DNA of 64,000 nucleotides from Bugula neritina (GCA_964035545.1 OZ037767.1:15318998-15382997), one strand, 5' to 3'. Counted from the stretch's first letter, positions 50,388 to 63,814 are shown. Numbers and translations: made by a program. Notes: generated from the sequence alone by a model not told the origin.

Positions 50388-50448
50388 CTCGGATCGTGGG
50401 GGACCTCCATCCCTCCTCTCGATGTTGAGACACTGTTTGCAACCTCCG

Positions 50449-53019
50449 TCAAGGTCGGCGACTCAACCCATCTGCATTGCTGTGTCTCTTGCCCGGTCGA
50501 TGTTCGATCCGGTATGAGAATTCAGCTAGGATTTCGAGCCACCGGGCGACCTGACTAGAGGGCTCTGCTCTCTTGCACAACCAGATCAGCGAGGCATGAT
50601 CCGTACGCAGCCGGAACTTCCTGCCATATAAGTATGGTCTGAAGTGCTTCACTGACTTTATTACTGCCAGCAGCTCTTTGCGGGTAGTGCAGTAATTTCG
50701 TTCAGTGGGTGAGAGAGACTTGCTGTAGTAGGCTACTACTACTTCTCGGCCTTCCTGCACTTGTGACAGCACAGCGCCAACATTTTGGTCACTGGCGTCC
50801 GTGTCGAGGATGTACTCCAGAGTGGGGTCTGGGTAGGCCAAGATGGGCGCCGTTAGTAGGCAGCCCTTGAGGCGGTCGAACGCTTCTTGTTCGACTGGGG
50901 TCCACTGCCACGTCACTCCCTTTGCGGTGAGCCGGTTTAACGGCTGTGCTATGCCCGCAAAGTCTGGTATGTATTGTCTGTAATACCCTACCAGCCCCAA
51001 GAAAGCCCGGAGTCCGGTCAAGTCTTGGGGGGTGACCCAGTCTTCTACTGCCCGTACCTTCTCGGGATCCGTTGCCACGCCATTTCGACCGACAACGTGC
51101 CCCAGGTACTTAACCTCTGGCTGCAATAGAGCGCACTTAGAAGGCTTGAGCTTAAGACCGGCACCTCGGAGTCTCTCAAAGACCTCCTGCAGACGACTGA
51201 CATGTGTCTCGAAGTCTGGGGAGATCACGATGACATCATCGAGGTAGATCAGCAGTGTCTTCCAATGGAGCCCGCTGAGGACTTGCTCCATCAGCCTCTG
51301 GAAGGTGGCTGGGGCGGAGGTCAACCCGAAAGGCAGCACCTTCCACTTCCACAAACCGTCCCGTGTGATAAACGCCGCTTTCTTTTGGGCGTCGGGACTC
51401 AGAGGAACTTGCCAATAGCCGCTTAGCAAGTCTAACGTACTGAAGTACTTGCTGCCAGCTAGGGCGTCCAATGACTCGTCAATACGAGGTAGAGGGTAGG
51501 CGTCCTGTATGGTTACGCTATTGAGTTTGCGGTAATCTACACAGAACCGCCAACTGCCGTCTTTCTTCCGGACCAGTACGACTGGTGAGCTCCACGCGCT
51601 ATGGGCGGGCTCTATCAGTCCCTGGTCCAGAAGATCCCGTACTTTTCGGCTAACCTCCTTCTCTTTCTCCAGCCCCAGCTTGCGTGTGGGCTGCCGGACA
51701 GGGACTGTCCCTGCAGTCAGCGGTATTTCGTGTCTGACAATTCCAGTCAGTCCCACGTCATGCTCTCCGCTGCTGAACACATCACCGTAGTCGCGTAGTA
51801 ACTTAGCCATAACTTGGCGTTCTCTGTTACTCGCGCAGCTGCTACAGGCTGTGTCATACAACTCCCGGAGATGTGCGGGGACTGCCCCTCGCCCTTGACT
51901 AGGGCACTGAGGGAGTGCCTCTGTCGCATCACCCAGCGACGGGCCTACGTCTTCCTCCTGAACAGAGTGAAAACGGCCCAGCATCGACCCAGCCGGGAGC
52001 TTGATAGGCTCGGTAAAGGGGTTGACGCACTGCACTAAGATCTCCCCTTGCTCAGTCAGTTGATTCAGACTGCTGGCAAGTTGGATCTTTTCGTGCGCGC
52101 CTTCAACTACCCCAAGTCCAGAGATCCGGCTATTATTCACCCTGCAGTGAATGGTAGCCCGGGAGCGGCCTGGTATGATACGGTTGCGTACCACTTGCAC
52201 ACCTCCCACTAGAGGGCGGCCGAACTTGTCGACGCAGGCGAGTTCCCTCCCGGACATCATCATTGCAGATCTGCTAAAATCTATGTGACATCCGTGCCTT
52301 TTTAGGAACGGCATCCCGAGGATAGCATCCTCCTTGAGCTGACTGACGATGAATGTCTCTTGGATCGTTTGATCACGGACTCGTCCCGTCAGCTCAATTA
52401 TACCATAGAAGGGAAGGCACGACCCGTCAGCTAGGGTGCCGTATTCCCCTTCGTATGATTCCATCTCGCCCCTGACCCTAGCACTGAGGGTGTCGAAGAG
52501 TTGGCGGCTTAAGAGGTTTGTGGTACAGCCCAAATCAATGAGGAACGTAACAGCTTTGCCTTCCAGTTTACCGGGCAAGAAATAGCTGTTCCAATGGGGC
52601 TGCACCTGAACTCTCTTTTCAGGCCTTACTCTCGCAGGGAGTACCTCCCTCGCTTTGGGTCGCGAAGGAGGTCTCTTGGGGCGGTGGTAGGTAGGCTTCA
52701 GGGGTGCCGAGGCTAGATTCCCGGCTACCTTTGTGGGCTCCGATCCAGATTCTTGGACTTGTAGCCCTGTGAATCTGTTGTGAAGGGGCATAGAAAAGGC
52801 AGCCGCGGGGCGAAGCCCCTTGCTGGTCCGTCGTGGCTGTTGCCACTGTTGGTTGCCAGTACGCGGTACCCGTCTGGGTGACCTGCGTTTCTTCTTCCCT
52901 GGGGGTTTCATCGTCGGCCCGCAGGAGGTGGGAACATCTGCGGGCCGCGGTAGTTTAACCCCTGATTTAGGAAGGGACAGTATCGGCGGAAATGCCCTTG
53001 ATTTCCGCACTCCCAGCAA
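50449..53019 (-). CDS. pol: Gypsy pol: aspartic protease, reverse transcriptase, RNase H (premature stop before integrase)
   Basis: FLIDLGC (non-canonical D-L-G), WRFCVDYRKLN, LPFGL, YLDDV, LDTDAS, KELLA, TDH, NADGLSR. Confidence 0.95.
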   Translation of the reverse strand: MLGVRKSRAFPPILSLPKSGVKLPRPADVPTSCGPTMKPPGKKKRRSPRRVPRTGNQQWQQPRRTSKGLRPAAAFSMPLHNRFTGLQVQESGSEPTKVAGNLASAPLKPTYHRPKRPPSRPKAREVLPARVRPEKRVQVQPHWNSYFLPGKLEGKAVTFLIDLGCTTNLLSRQLFDTLSARVRGEMESYEGEYGTLADGSCLPFYGIIELTGRVRDQTIQETFIVSQLKEDAILGMPFLKRHGCHIDFSRSAMMMSGRELACVDKFGRPLVGGVQVVRNRIIPGRSRATIHCRVNNSRISGLGVVEGAHEKIQLASSLNQLTEQGEILVQCVNPFTEPIKLPAGSMLGRFHSVQEEDVGPSLGDATEALPQCPSQGRGAVPAHLRELYDTACSSCASNRERQVMAKLLRDYGDVFSSGEHDVGLTGIVRHEIPLTAGTVPVRQPTRKLGLEKEKEVSRKVRDLLDQGLIEPAHSAWSSPVVLVRKKDGSWRFCVDYRKLNSVTIQDAYPLPRIDESLDALAGSKYFSTLDLLSGYWQVPLSPDAQKKAAFITRDGLWKWKVLPFGLTSAPATFQRLMEQVLSGLHWKTLLIYLDDVIVISPDFETHVSRLQEVFERLRGAGLKLKPSKCALLQPEVKYLGHVVGRNGVATDPEKVRAVEDWVTPQDLTGLRAFLGLVGYYRQYIPDFAGIAQPLNRLTAKGVTWQWTPVEQEAFDRLKGCLLTAPILAYPDPTLEYILDTDASDQNVGAVLSQVQEGREVVVAYYSKSLSPTERNYCTTRKELLAVIKSVKHFRPYLYGRKFRLRTDHASLIWLCKRAEPSSQVARWLEILAEFSYRIEHRPGKRHSNADGLSRRP

Positions 53020-53323
53020 AAACTGACTGTTTCTCCCTGTGGCGGCGCCGGTGGCCGCATGGGCTCAGGGGCGGTACTCACTGGGGTTTATGGTGTCAGA
53101 GTTGCTATCAGCTTGGCTAGCATGTCTGTCAGTTGAGTGACTTTCGATGCCGTCGCCAACTGGGACACGGCAGCCGCGGTGGGGGTTTCCTCCCCTTGTC
53201 CCGCGGCCGTGTCCGCGCGGTCTATCTCCACTTGACGGGAGCTTCCGCGAATTTTATGCATTTGATTAGCTAGGAGGTAAGCTTCCCCCTCAGTCAGAGC
53301 ATCTTCAACGGTGGTGACTCCCC
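52908..53323 (-). pseudogene. gag: gag, C-terminal part, with CCHC zinc knuckle
   Basis: GVTTVEDALTEGEAYLLA continues HQFLAR from 58746; CWECGNQGHFRRYC near 53020-52980. Contains one frameshift and one stop. Confidence 0.85.
52915..52959 (-). promoter_or_regulatory. Putative gag-pol -1 ribosomal frameshift signal
   Basis: Heptamer G TTA AAC (52959-52953) in the gag frame, 5-nt spacer, and a perfect 10-bp stem CGGCCCGCAG/CTGCGGGCCG. Pol is in the -1 frame and gag stops at 52910-52908. Confidence 0.75.
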
Positions 53324-56300
53324 CACAGCTTGATTAAGGTCATCCTTCTACTGAATCAGTAATTTCATTGCTCCATTATAATTATATATGAAACAGTGCC
53401 CCACTCATAACTCGACTAATTTTGAGGCTAGAATCAAAATTCAAAAACCATCTTGTAAATATTTTGCTGTTCTATTAGAGGCTTTTTTAAAATCTTCACT
53501 TACCCAACCCGTTGCATTTTTATGCTCCAAAAACAGTCAAAAATTGCCCATTTTCGCATAAAAAAACATCGTCTCAGTGCCCCACGAATTATTCAATTCC
53601 CAAGCAACACATCTCTGCAAAAATTGAAATATAGGGTTATAAGATATTTGTCTATTAGAGGCTTTTTAAAGTTTTCAGATAACCTAAATAGAATTGGTGT
53701 AAACGTGTAATTTATACACTGATTTTATTAAAAATTTTACATCTCGCTTAGTCTGCACGCTTGGCTGAACACGGTAGAGCTGCGCTGCATTGTAGCCATC
53801 ATAATGATTACAGGGAGCTTATGCGGCCTACGATCCATGTTTAACCAAAGGGTTAAAGTTCATCTCTGCAGTAAACTGCGGTATGGGTAAAAGGCGGTAT
53901 GAGGCTGGTTATTATATTATAATAGCTAGTAGTTGGAATCTTGGTGGTTGCAATATTGTTGTACTGCCTATAGACCCGAGGCTGTACAATGCGCAATCTA
54001 CCCTGAATCTAGATTTCAGTTGTATTTATATGAAGCAGTTTCTGAAGCCTGCGCACATTTCTTGCTTTGACTTGTTTCTTTCTAGTGCAAAGCAGTTTAG
54101 TAATACAGCCTGTATGATAACCCAGACATCTTAGGATGCTAGTGAGAGTTAAGGCCACTAAATTTTATGCCTTTTGTGTGTGATTTCAATGCAAATTTGT
54201 TGTTCTGTAGAGTAATCTAAATTATACTAAAAATATATCTGTAACCAAACTCACTGTATTGTTATTTTAAAACATTAACTTTTTTTCAGAATCTACAAAA
54301 TTGTTGGAGAGAATTCTTAGTCAATTGAATAGTAACTGCATAACTTTCTTTCAACAATAGTAGTAAAGTCTTATCAGCTAAGTATAATAAGTATGAGGTA
54401 TGTGCAGTGATGAGGGTATTGAGAAATTAAACCCTGCATTTCGTATTATTGGGCCTATTACAGGCGGTGAGATGCAGCTTAAAAAGTTTAGAGAGAATTC
54501 CGACATGTTACCAAATTAGAATTTCTTTAAAAAATTTAAGAATTTAGGCTGTTGAAGCTTTTCTGCTTATATCGCACCTACCAGACAACTTTGTTTATAA
54601 TATTATGGTATTAAAATTCTGGTATTAAAATTCTGGTAGCTTACAATTAAATAAGTCAGTTCTGATTGATAAATAGTGCTTGCACGTAGGAGGCTTGTTA
54701 TATGTAGCAGGCTTGCAATAGCAGTAAGCCATTTTGCTAATGGCTCTGGCAGTGACCATGCAAGCCATTCATAGGCAGTGACAAGGTGCTGCTATTTTTA
54801 GCTGAAATGAGCTCATGGTTTGAACTTAAATGCCCAACTAGACTACTCGTCAATAAGGAGCAACTTAGGCAGGTTATTTTATATTGCAATACGGTTTTAA
54901 TTACAATTAGCTTTAAATAGCCAATTATGTGACCAGATTCAGCATGATGTAATATAAATGGGTATTTAATTTCACAATTTCTTTTGGACCTAACTGAATC
55001 TCAAATAACTGTAACTATGGGGTTCTATAAGCATTTGAGTACAAGTTTCTTTACACATATACTACTCATTTCCTTTACTGCTTACACCAATTCATAACAT
55101 TGGTAGCTAACTATAGGTAGTGCACTTTCAGCCTACTAGCTTAGTTATAATAGCTTCACTGCGGTTTCAAGCTAATGCCAGTAGCAGACATTGGAATAGC
55201 TTGTTTGTATTGAAGATGTGACTTCTAATCTAATTAGGTTATAACTAAAGGAGTGGAGTGTAGTTGTGGTATTATGAGGGGGTGTTCAAAGTTTTATCAA
55301 GTTTTTAAAATAATAGTAAAATAAATAAATAAGTAAATAATAATCTATAAAACAATAGGTTTTATTTTACATATAAATGACTAAAACGTATGCTATCATA
55401 ATGCTTTCAAAAAAGCACATAGAACGTTTATTATAATTCACATTCACCCCCCCCCCGAAAACCTACCCTAGTCATTCCAAAGCTGCAGTGCACTGTCCTC
55501 AAACAAACTGCTCTGCAAAATATCATGCGTAGCTGTAAGCGTTACTTATCTTGCCCGATTGGATATGTTCCTAGTAAAAGCTAGCTCGGTAAATAAAAAA
55601 TTCGATGTTAAAACGCAGTCTGTGAAGTGAACTTGCCAACTGGCGGTGGGAATATCATTTCAAAATGGAGTGAAAAACGTCTTTTACCTCTCAAACCTAG
55701 GATGAAAGAGTGTACTTTGATTAACTTTAAGAGTTTAACTTCAAGGGTAAGTGAGTACCACTGCTTCCTTCAGCAAATTCGCATATTTCATATTGCTTTC
55801 AAGCAATAATATATTTATTTTTAATTAATTTTATAGGATTTGTATAGTTGTACTATTAGTATTACAGTAGACCTATACTGCGTATTATATCTATTATTAA
55901 TATTATATTCATATTCATATTATTATTATTATAGCATTGCACAGTATAACTAAACTTCAAAATTGAGTTTTATATTCATAAAAAAGGCATAGTATAATAA
56001 GAATGCATTGATGGTAGAACTATTACTAAGACTGTAAGACTAGATCAAAATTCAAATTGTCAGAGTTCATTTTATCATTAATGATTATGTAAGAAAAATG
56101 GCCAAATTTATTATTGACTCACTTTTTTCTCCAATTATTTAGAGTGCTGTAGTTGAGTAGGCACATAGAAAATATAGTTTTGCACTAAAAATCTTCTGTT
56201 TAGTAACTCTCATTGTACCACTACTTGCATACCAAACTACATTTACTGTGAGTGACCAACTTAAAATACATTATAAGCATATGTTTCAAAATAATTGGAG

Positions 56301-58745
56301 TCATCACGGCAATCATATCTACTAAGAAATTATTTGAAAAATACAATTTCAAGGGAGCATCCAACCTAATAGTAATTGTAATTATGAGCTGTGTTTTTTA
56401 AAAAGTTACCAGCAGGCAGCTTTGATCTGATTACAGTATAGGTAGATTTTACAAAATATAGATTACTATAGTACTATAAACTGTGGTGTATGAACATGTT
56501 AATTCAAATTCAAAATGTTGCAAATTACTTTTCAATGTATTGAGAAAACTGCTATTTATATTTTTAGATTGAGTTCCAAAAACAAGTGGGCTACTAGATG
56601 ATTAGGTTTTGTCAAAGAAATGCTATAGCATGTATACTCAGGACATCCTTTCTATGTCAGCATCAGCTCTTAGGATCTTTAAATTCTCTACTCTTGCAAG
56701 ACGATATATTTTTATGTTAAAAAGCATAATACTCTACAACTGACACCTATATATCAAGACTCTATCTGCAAAAATAGGACTTTTATCAACGGATATAAAA
56801 ACTAAAATTATTAATATTTGACAAGACTAATCACCCCAGCAATGTGCCTTTTAGTTAGGCTTTTGCAGCTTGAATTTTTATAGATTCTGCTTTTCTACAA
56901 AATCAGTTTTGACATTCAATATTGTAATGTATGTTTAAAAAAGTAATTAGGAAACTAACTTATTATTTCCCCCATGTTTGTAATATACTTATTGGATGTA
57001 TTGCTATAAAAAGGCCTGACTTATTCCTTCACAATAGTACACAGCTGTTACAACTTCTGCATGTTTACATTATTTATTGAACTTGCTACTTTTATGCCTG
57101 ACCATACGTATATATATTATATTATGTTTGAAAATCCACAAGGATTTTAGTTTTCATCTTTAGCAATGGCTATCTGGTGTTAACTTGAATAAAACTGGTT
57201 GATTTGTTGCATATGCCTAAATTATTAAGTCAATTCTTGTTATGGAATATTATAACTGCAGCATCAGAATAATGGAAAATGCATTGCTAATTATATCTGA
57301 GCTGATTAACTGACACCTATCAGGCCGGAAACAAAACTGAATTCACTGGACATCTTCTTTCATCTTAAGGAGGTTTTCTCTTCAAATTTTCAATTCTTGC
57401 CTAGCTAAGATTAAAACTATTCATCTTGGATGTTTCACTCAGGCAAGCATAGTGTCAGTCAGTCTAACTAGACGCAGCATTTTCTATTAGATGCTAAATT
57501 TAGAAACATAAAATAGTTGATGATCTTGGCTCTGAGTTGGTATACAGCAAGCCGATGATATCATGCTTGAGTGAACACTGAGCAGCTATGATAACCAACT
57601 ATTGATAGTAGCTGCCAGGAGTACAAAAGAGCCCAGTTGTTAGCTGGCCTCAAATTTATTTCTCAGTGCAAGGCAACAAGATACAGCTCATAGCCAATTT
57701 TTGGACATTTAGCTAGAAGCCATTTAGGCTTGATTGGACCTTTTAAAGTTTAGACTGCATGTATACAACAGAGAGCAAATAGAATATATTTAAAGCACAG
57801 GCTCACGGTCTAACCTTTTATATAGTTCCAAGTTCCAACTCACTTCAACACTACAAGTGTTGATTAATGCTTATACTAATGTACAATGGGACCACAAAAG
57901 TGCCTACTGGCTATATTTGAAACTTGCAGCAATCAAATCCTTTACCCAAACCATCTAAACTCAAAGTGGCCACACAATATTCTGCATATCTGATCTTTAC
58001 AACTACCAACAAAATCTCACACATGACTATCTGACCTATAAGCAAGTCTCTTTACTATTCTAAGCTATTGTGCTGAGTCTGTAATTGATTGTAATAGTTT
58101 AGCACTGAGAAGTGTTTTTGCAACTAGAAGAGGATTTTAATGATGAAGGAAATTTTGGCTTTAAGTTAGTCAATGGTAGTGAACAGAAAGATTATTAGTC
58201 TAGCCTAAAAACATTATGCTTTGAGAGAAGAGCATCTCTAAATTATTTGTTACGGCTGCCTTTTACATTATTTAAACAATATCTGCATTAGAATTTCGAA
58301 AGTTGTAGTCAAGCCTGTAATTATTAAAAACTTTATTAGACTAGGCAAATGGATGAATATTGAGTTAGCTTTAGCATTTAGCTTGCTTCCATAATCTATA
58401 GAATAGTTTTACATGGTTTGTTGAAAAAGAAGTTACGAAAATTATCTTCCTTTGTACATCAAGTACATTGCACATGAAACGAACCACTGGTCTCTTGTAA
58501 TAATAATAATGAGGTGATGCTGAGGTTAGCAATGACCACATACTTGCTCAATAGATTGTTGCGATGGTTGTAATGCGAACAGGTGCAGCCCTAGCTAATT
58601 TGATGATCTGTTGGCAATTGTTCAATCTCATGCTAAATTATGACAAGTAGGCAATACGCATGCCGCCCACAGAGCAATAACAACTAGGAACTGAGACTAG
58701 ATTATGAGATGATATTTTACTGGGGATGACCTTAACTATGCTGTG
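53324..58745. mobile_element. Non-autonomous EnSpm/CMC-type DNA transposon (5422 bp) inserted in gag
   Basis: Imperfect 22-bp TIR CACAGCttgaTTAAGGTCATCC / CACAGCatagTTAAGGTCATCC and 2-bp TSD CC. Removing it restores the gag frame FLAR|GVTT. Confidence 0.88.
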
Positions 58746-59285
58746 CCTAGCTAGAAACTGGTGGTGGAGACCCAGATCGTCGACAGATGCTATGAAAGCG
58801 TCGAGGGTATACCTCTCGCGGTTGACTGGGGGCAAGTCGCTGTACGCGATCTGTGCCAGCTTCATGACCGCGGCGGCGTGCTCCCGCAGCGGGGTGCGGG
58901 GATCACGCCGCAACCTCTGCAATCGGGCCCTGGCATCTGTAGCAGAGAGGCCGAAGCGGGCCCGCAGAGAAGCAAAGATATTATCAATGTCTACGCCCAG
59001 CCCATAAGGCTTGGCTTTGTCTATCAATGCCATTCTAAGCTTCAGCAAGGCCACCCTAGGGGGCCACTGGGCGACATCCATTACGTCGCTAAACTCTTGG
59101 ATAAATTGTTCCACCTCCTCTTCACCTGTGAAGGTGGGCGCCTCTAACCGGTAGCGGTCTTCAGTTAGTTCTCGCGGAACCCTTCGCTCTTCTACTACAT
59201 GGTTAACAGGCATTGTCTCTACAGCATTGTCTCTACGCTCACCTTCTATTGCCGGTGGTTGAGTTCCAGCATTTTCAGTCTCCAT
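58746..59285 (-). CDS. gag: gag, N-terminal part (capsid-like), interrupted by DNA transposon
   Basis: ATG 12 nt after the PBS; LEAPTFTGEEEVEQFIQEF..W..LRARFG..ARLQRLRR..AY..DAFI. Confidence 0.88.
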
Positions 59286-59297
59286 CTTGGATGCACT

Positions 59298-59315
59298 ATC
59301 CCACTGCTGCCACCA
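59298..59315 (-). promoter_or_regulatory. Primer binding site complementary to tRNA-Leu 3' end
   Basis: TGGTGGCAGCAGTGGGAT, 1 nt inside the 5' LTR; complement ATCCCACTGCTGCCA-CCA resembles eukaryotic tRNA-Leu(AAG/TAG) ends. Confidence 0.85.
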
Positions 59316-59316
59316 C

Positions 59317-59621
59317 TGTTAAGTTTTTCAGATTTAGGGTTGATGTGCTATCCAGAGAGTCTATTTATTTGCTATAAAACTGCACCAGGATAAGTCGAGT
59401 GAACGAGTATATTTTACACACAATTATACATTATAAAAACGATACATTATATTCAAACAAGTTACACATCTAATCTATTTGACACTCTAGCTTCGACTGC
59501 CTTAGCAGCGGGAAACTGTAATTGCTGCTAACTATCAAACACGCTAATTGGCTATCCATTGTTCCGGGTCAATTACGCGACCCTACATGTTGTGCTGCTG
59601 GTAGTTCCACGAACCACCACA
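59317..59621 (-). repeat. 5' LTR of G2
   Basis: Direct repeat of 46693-46997. Confidence 0.97.
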
Positions 59622-60345
59622 ATATCTGTTATCTATTAACTTGCAGCGCGATCTAGTCGCCATGTTTATTATTAGTAACAATTCTCAGTCAAATTATACT
59701 TAACTACGTTGCGCTCTACACTACGCCGCTATTTTAACTATTGTTAAAGGTCGCGCTATTATACTCTAATCACGTGACCAGCTTGCCAACTATGGAATGG
59801 CTCATTAAAACACCAATCATTCATAAACCATAGCAGATATCACAAAACTGATTGGACAGCTGGAAAGAGCACATGTTAATTGACTATTAAACATTAAAAG
59901 CTGAAATTGACCTATTTATGACAACTATAGATAAAACCCCTTATAACTAACAATAGCGAATAATGCCAAGAGACCAAAACTGACGGGAGCCATCACATTT
60001 ATTTCTCTTTTTTAATGAAAATGATCGGTAAAAAATATTCAGATAGTTTACAAAAAACAGCAAAGCTCAGAATTCACAATAATATTTATATTCCATGCCA
60101 GATGCATTACATAATACTGTTTATTGAATATGCATGTTGTATGTCGAGTGTTGATTACCAATATAAATGGAATACAAAATCAGATCTATATATCATATAC
60201 CTAAATATTAAGAGTTATATACAGTTAGCTCAAAAGTATATAAAGAGATATTACAGAAGAATAAAATGAAACTTTTGTTTAAAGAAATTAAAAAGAACGT
60301 TTCAATATATAACTGTAAAAATTAGTTTCAAATCTAAGATAAGTT

Positions 60346-63300
60346 CTAAACGAGCGCATAGCAAGTAGAACTTGAAGAATTTTCGAACACAACTGAAACC
60401 TCATTATGAATATAACACTTAGCTGTAGAGGTTATTGAAAATGCTGCACAATTTTCATATTGCACACTGCAAGCGTAGGCACATGATTCTATTGAGAGCT
60501 GTTTGAAAACCCCAACAGATTTACTGCTACACATGTGATCAGGTAACGCTGAGAATCTTTTATGCTTTGGATGACTCATGTAGTAAACAGTTTGAGAAGT
60601 TTTGCTGTAGACGAGGAAATTATTCTCAGTTGATGTGGCGGATATGAGGTCAAGGTCAGTGTTCAGACCAATCACCACAACATCTACTAATCCAACATGG
60701 CCGCTACTCACTTTAAATCTCTTCAGTTTTCCTTTGTTTACAATCAGCTGTTGCCCATCCACAACAACAGGTATGCAATTGTTGCTGCACTCAAAGCTGA
60801 CAGTGTTGGTGTTTCTGTGAACTGAAGATTTAGCTTCGCATGTTTTAATTTCACCCGTAAGTGAAACAACTCCAAATGAATGAGCTGTTGGATAATGAAA
60901 GTTGTTGGCAAAACCAGTTATAAAACCAAACTGAACACCGTAGTAGCCATGTATAATAAAATACGAGGGATAGATGTTTACCATCACGGAATAAACATTA
61001 TTGTTTTTCACACAATTAATTATTAGTCGAGTGACGTCTGCAAAGTATAAAATTGCCAGGTGAGTTGGTGAATCAAGTCTAATGTCAGAGATTCGAGAGT
61101 ATGTTTGATATGCAATGAGGGTACCTGCTTCACCGCATTTACCAATCATAGCATAGTTTACATTTAGTAGGTCAGCAAGATCTATTGCTTTTATACAGTG
61201 CTCTGATTGGTCGGCGACAAAAATAAATTGTTTCTTGTGAGATTGTAAATGGCTGAGTTTAGACAGGTTTGCAAAAATAATATGACTAATTGAGGTAAAT
61301 GTGTAGGAATTTTGCATATAGGCACAACCTTGTAGCTGCACACCAGCTACTACTGTACAGTCTCCATGGTGATTGATCTCTACAAGTTGTCTTGATGTAG
61401 CTGCTATTATTTTAGTAGAATCAGTTGGATGTTCAATAAAGGATATGATGTAATGATCAGTCATTTTCTTGACCTCAATGTGACTAGTGACCTGGTAAGG
61501 AGTGCTGATTGGACCATCTGCCGAATCAATTATTAAACTTTGACCTACAAATAGGTACACATTGTATAAAACTCAGGTAGGTTTTATATATCTGTAAAAA
61601 CTGCTGATGGAAAAGCTTTTTAAACGGACTAAAGTATTGTTTTTTATCAGGGCACAAGGGCAATTATGACTAACATGCGTTACCAATACAGTATTTATAA
61701 CAGGAAGTTGCTGTTTATAACCCATATATATAGTAATAATATATTCAGCAATTTTAGCAATTTATAAAACCAAATTGAAGAATTTTATCCTGCAGTATTG
61801 CTGTAATTCTCCGTAAGTTTTGTTAGTTTGTTGAAACTTCATCTTTTTGTATATCTATAATACTTTAAACAGACATTACATATGACTTGAATATTGATTA
61901 GCGCTATACATGAATTAGCTTAGGACTTGTTTGACAAAGATCCAATTCAATAATTAAATTATAATTATGTGTTAAATATTGGACTATGATATGTTCAAAT
62001 TTGTTTTATTATGCTAAAACTTGTTTGATTTCATGCAATTCCAACATTCTGGCCTCTAATGTAAATTTGAACAATTTTTATCATATCAACAAAGCGCTTA
62101 TATAATGCAATAACTACATTCTTAGCAAAATGGCAACTTTCGAACGTGAGAAAATGAGTTTATTTGATTTTTAAAAAACTGTAACAATAAACATTTCCTT
62201 GATAGCACTTTTGCAATATAGAATATTTAATTTAACTTGCGGTACCTTATATGGACTGCGGTAGATATTGTATGAGTTAAGTTTTTTTTATACTTTAACA
62301 ATTTCTAGTCAGAAATTCAATGTTGCAGAGTTAAAATTTCTTCAAGTTGCATTGCATTATGAAAGTCACTCGTAAAAAAACTTAATCGGCCGAGTTCAAA
62401 TTAACAATCAAAAGGAGCAATAACTTTTTGTAAACATCATTATTTAGTTCTGACTTGAGCGACTATAGATGACATTCTAATATGTTTATAAATATATTGC
62501 CAACGCTTTCCCAATTATCACTTTTATGCTGTCAGCTTTGTTAGTTCAGGACGTTTTCAAAGGAAGTGAAATAGCAACTTTCTTCTATAATATTATAGTA
62601 ACATGCTCTGATTACAAGTCTATGATCTAAACTGCGAAATGTTATGGTTACACAGATTGTGAATTTAAGTTGCATGGCAGGAACAAATATATAACAACTT
62701 TTAGAATATATGCTTGTCTATTAATACTGGTCTTATAAAACACCAGTCTTATATTACTGGTCTTATAAAACACCAGTCTTATAATAATTACTGGTCTCAT
62801 AAAGCTGGTCCTATTAAACTCCTCCTATAATATAATACCGGTCTTCTTAAAATGAGCTGGTCCCATAATACTGGTCCTATAATATATACTGATCCTACAT
62901 TACCAGCTATAGGCCTATAGTAAACTAGTCCTATATTACTTATATAGTCCTACATTACTGGTCCTATATAATACAATAAACTGGGCCTATATAATACTAG
63001 TCCTATAGTGTTGGTGCTACAATACTGCATGGTTTTATAATAAGCTGGTCTCATAGTACTGGTTCTATTAAAATGGCTCCATAACATTGGCCCTATCACC
63101 CACAATATATCTATAAAAATAATTGATTTATATATTATATATAGCTGAATAATTAGTATATCATAGTTTATTATAAATAGAAACAATAACAATTAATTTG
63201 AAGGACAACTGTTTATAAACCAATCACATTACCTGGGAAAGTATTGTAGATACTGTTCCTCCATGTTCCACCACACATTTGACTACTGTTCCCTCCGCAT

Positions 63301-63814
63301 GCTCTACGACACTCAGTTTCCCCTACTTCACCATATTTGCTGTATTCAACACCACAGTAACACTGGTCAGTAGATTGTACTCCTGCATATGGCTGCCCTG
63401 AAATTAGTAATTTGCTAATTGATCTTTATAAATATAACAACACGATAAATCACAAAACACAATTTTTTTGTAGTTCAGCTACAATTGGCAGATTCAAGCT
63501 TATATTCCTTTGTCGTGTTAAAATGGAAGAATACTGAAATCGATGAAAATTAAAAATGAACGTTTTCAAAGAATCAACATCATTATCGGGTATAGTAGGT
63601 TCTTACACAATACTTTTGGTATACTGCAGTTATTTTTGAAAACAGTTATAAAAAGATTTACCTTGCATAGTGCAGTAGCCAATACAAAGCTCTACGGTCA
63701 TGAAATGAGTAAAAAATGCTATGGGTAAGGCTCTGTTCCTAGAGTCCTTGTAACAACCAATCAGCTGGTTGAGAGTGTACACCAGATGCCAACACAGCCA
63801 GAGTTGCAGAAGCA
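60346..63814 (-). CDS. WSC - NHL-like - PAN/Apple paralogue E, divergent (exons 63814-63662, 63397-63233, 61544-60346); start codon not visible
   Basis: LLQLWLCWHLVYT leader, LIGCYKDSRNRALP..LCIGYC, QPYAGVQSTDQCYCG..CGGTWRNSIY, open exon 3 with IFVADQSEHCIK and ESCAYACSVQYENCAAFSI..CYIH; same intron positions and phases as D. Confidence 0.88.

Larger units (their letters stand above)
46693..59621 (-). mobile_element. Complete but defective Gypsy/Ty3 LTR retrotransposon (element G2) with nested DNA transposon
   Basis: Two 305-bp LTRs (TG..CA), ATAT TSD (46689-46692 and 59622-59625), PBS, PPT, and gag followed by PR-RT-RH-IN order. Confidence 0.97.

Noticed and set aside
58638-58745. C-terminal 35 aa of the 215-aa gag ORF
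   Set aside because: Read-through into the inserted DNA transposon terminus.
47312-59147. Plus-strand ORFs overlapping gag, pol and ORF3
   Set aside because: Antisense shadows of GC-rich coding sequence with no motifs.
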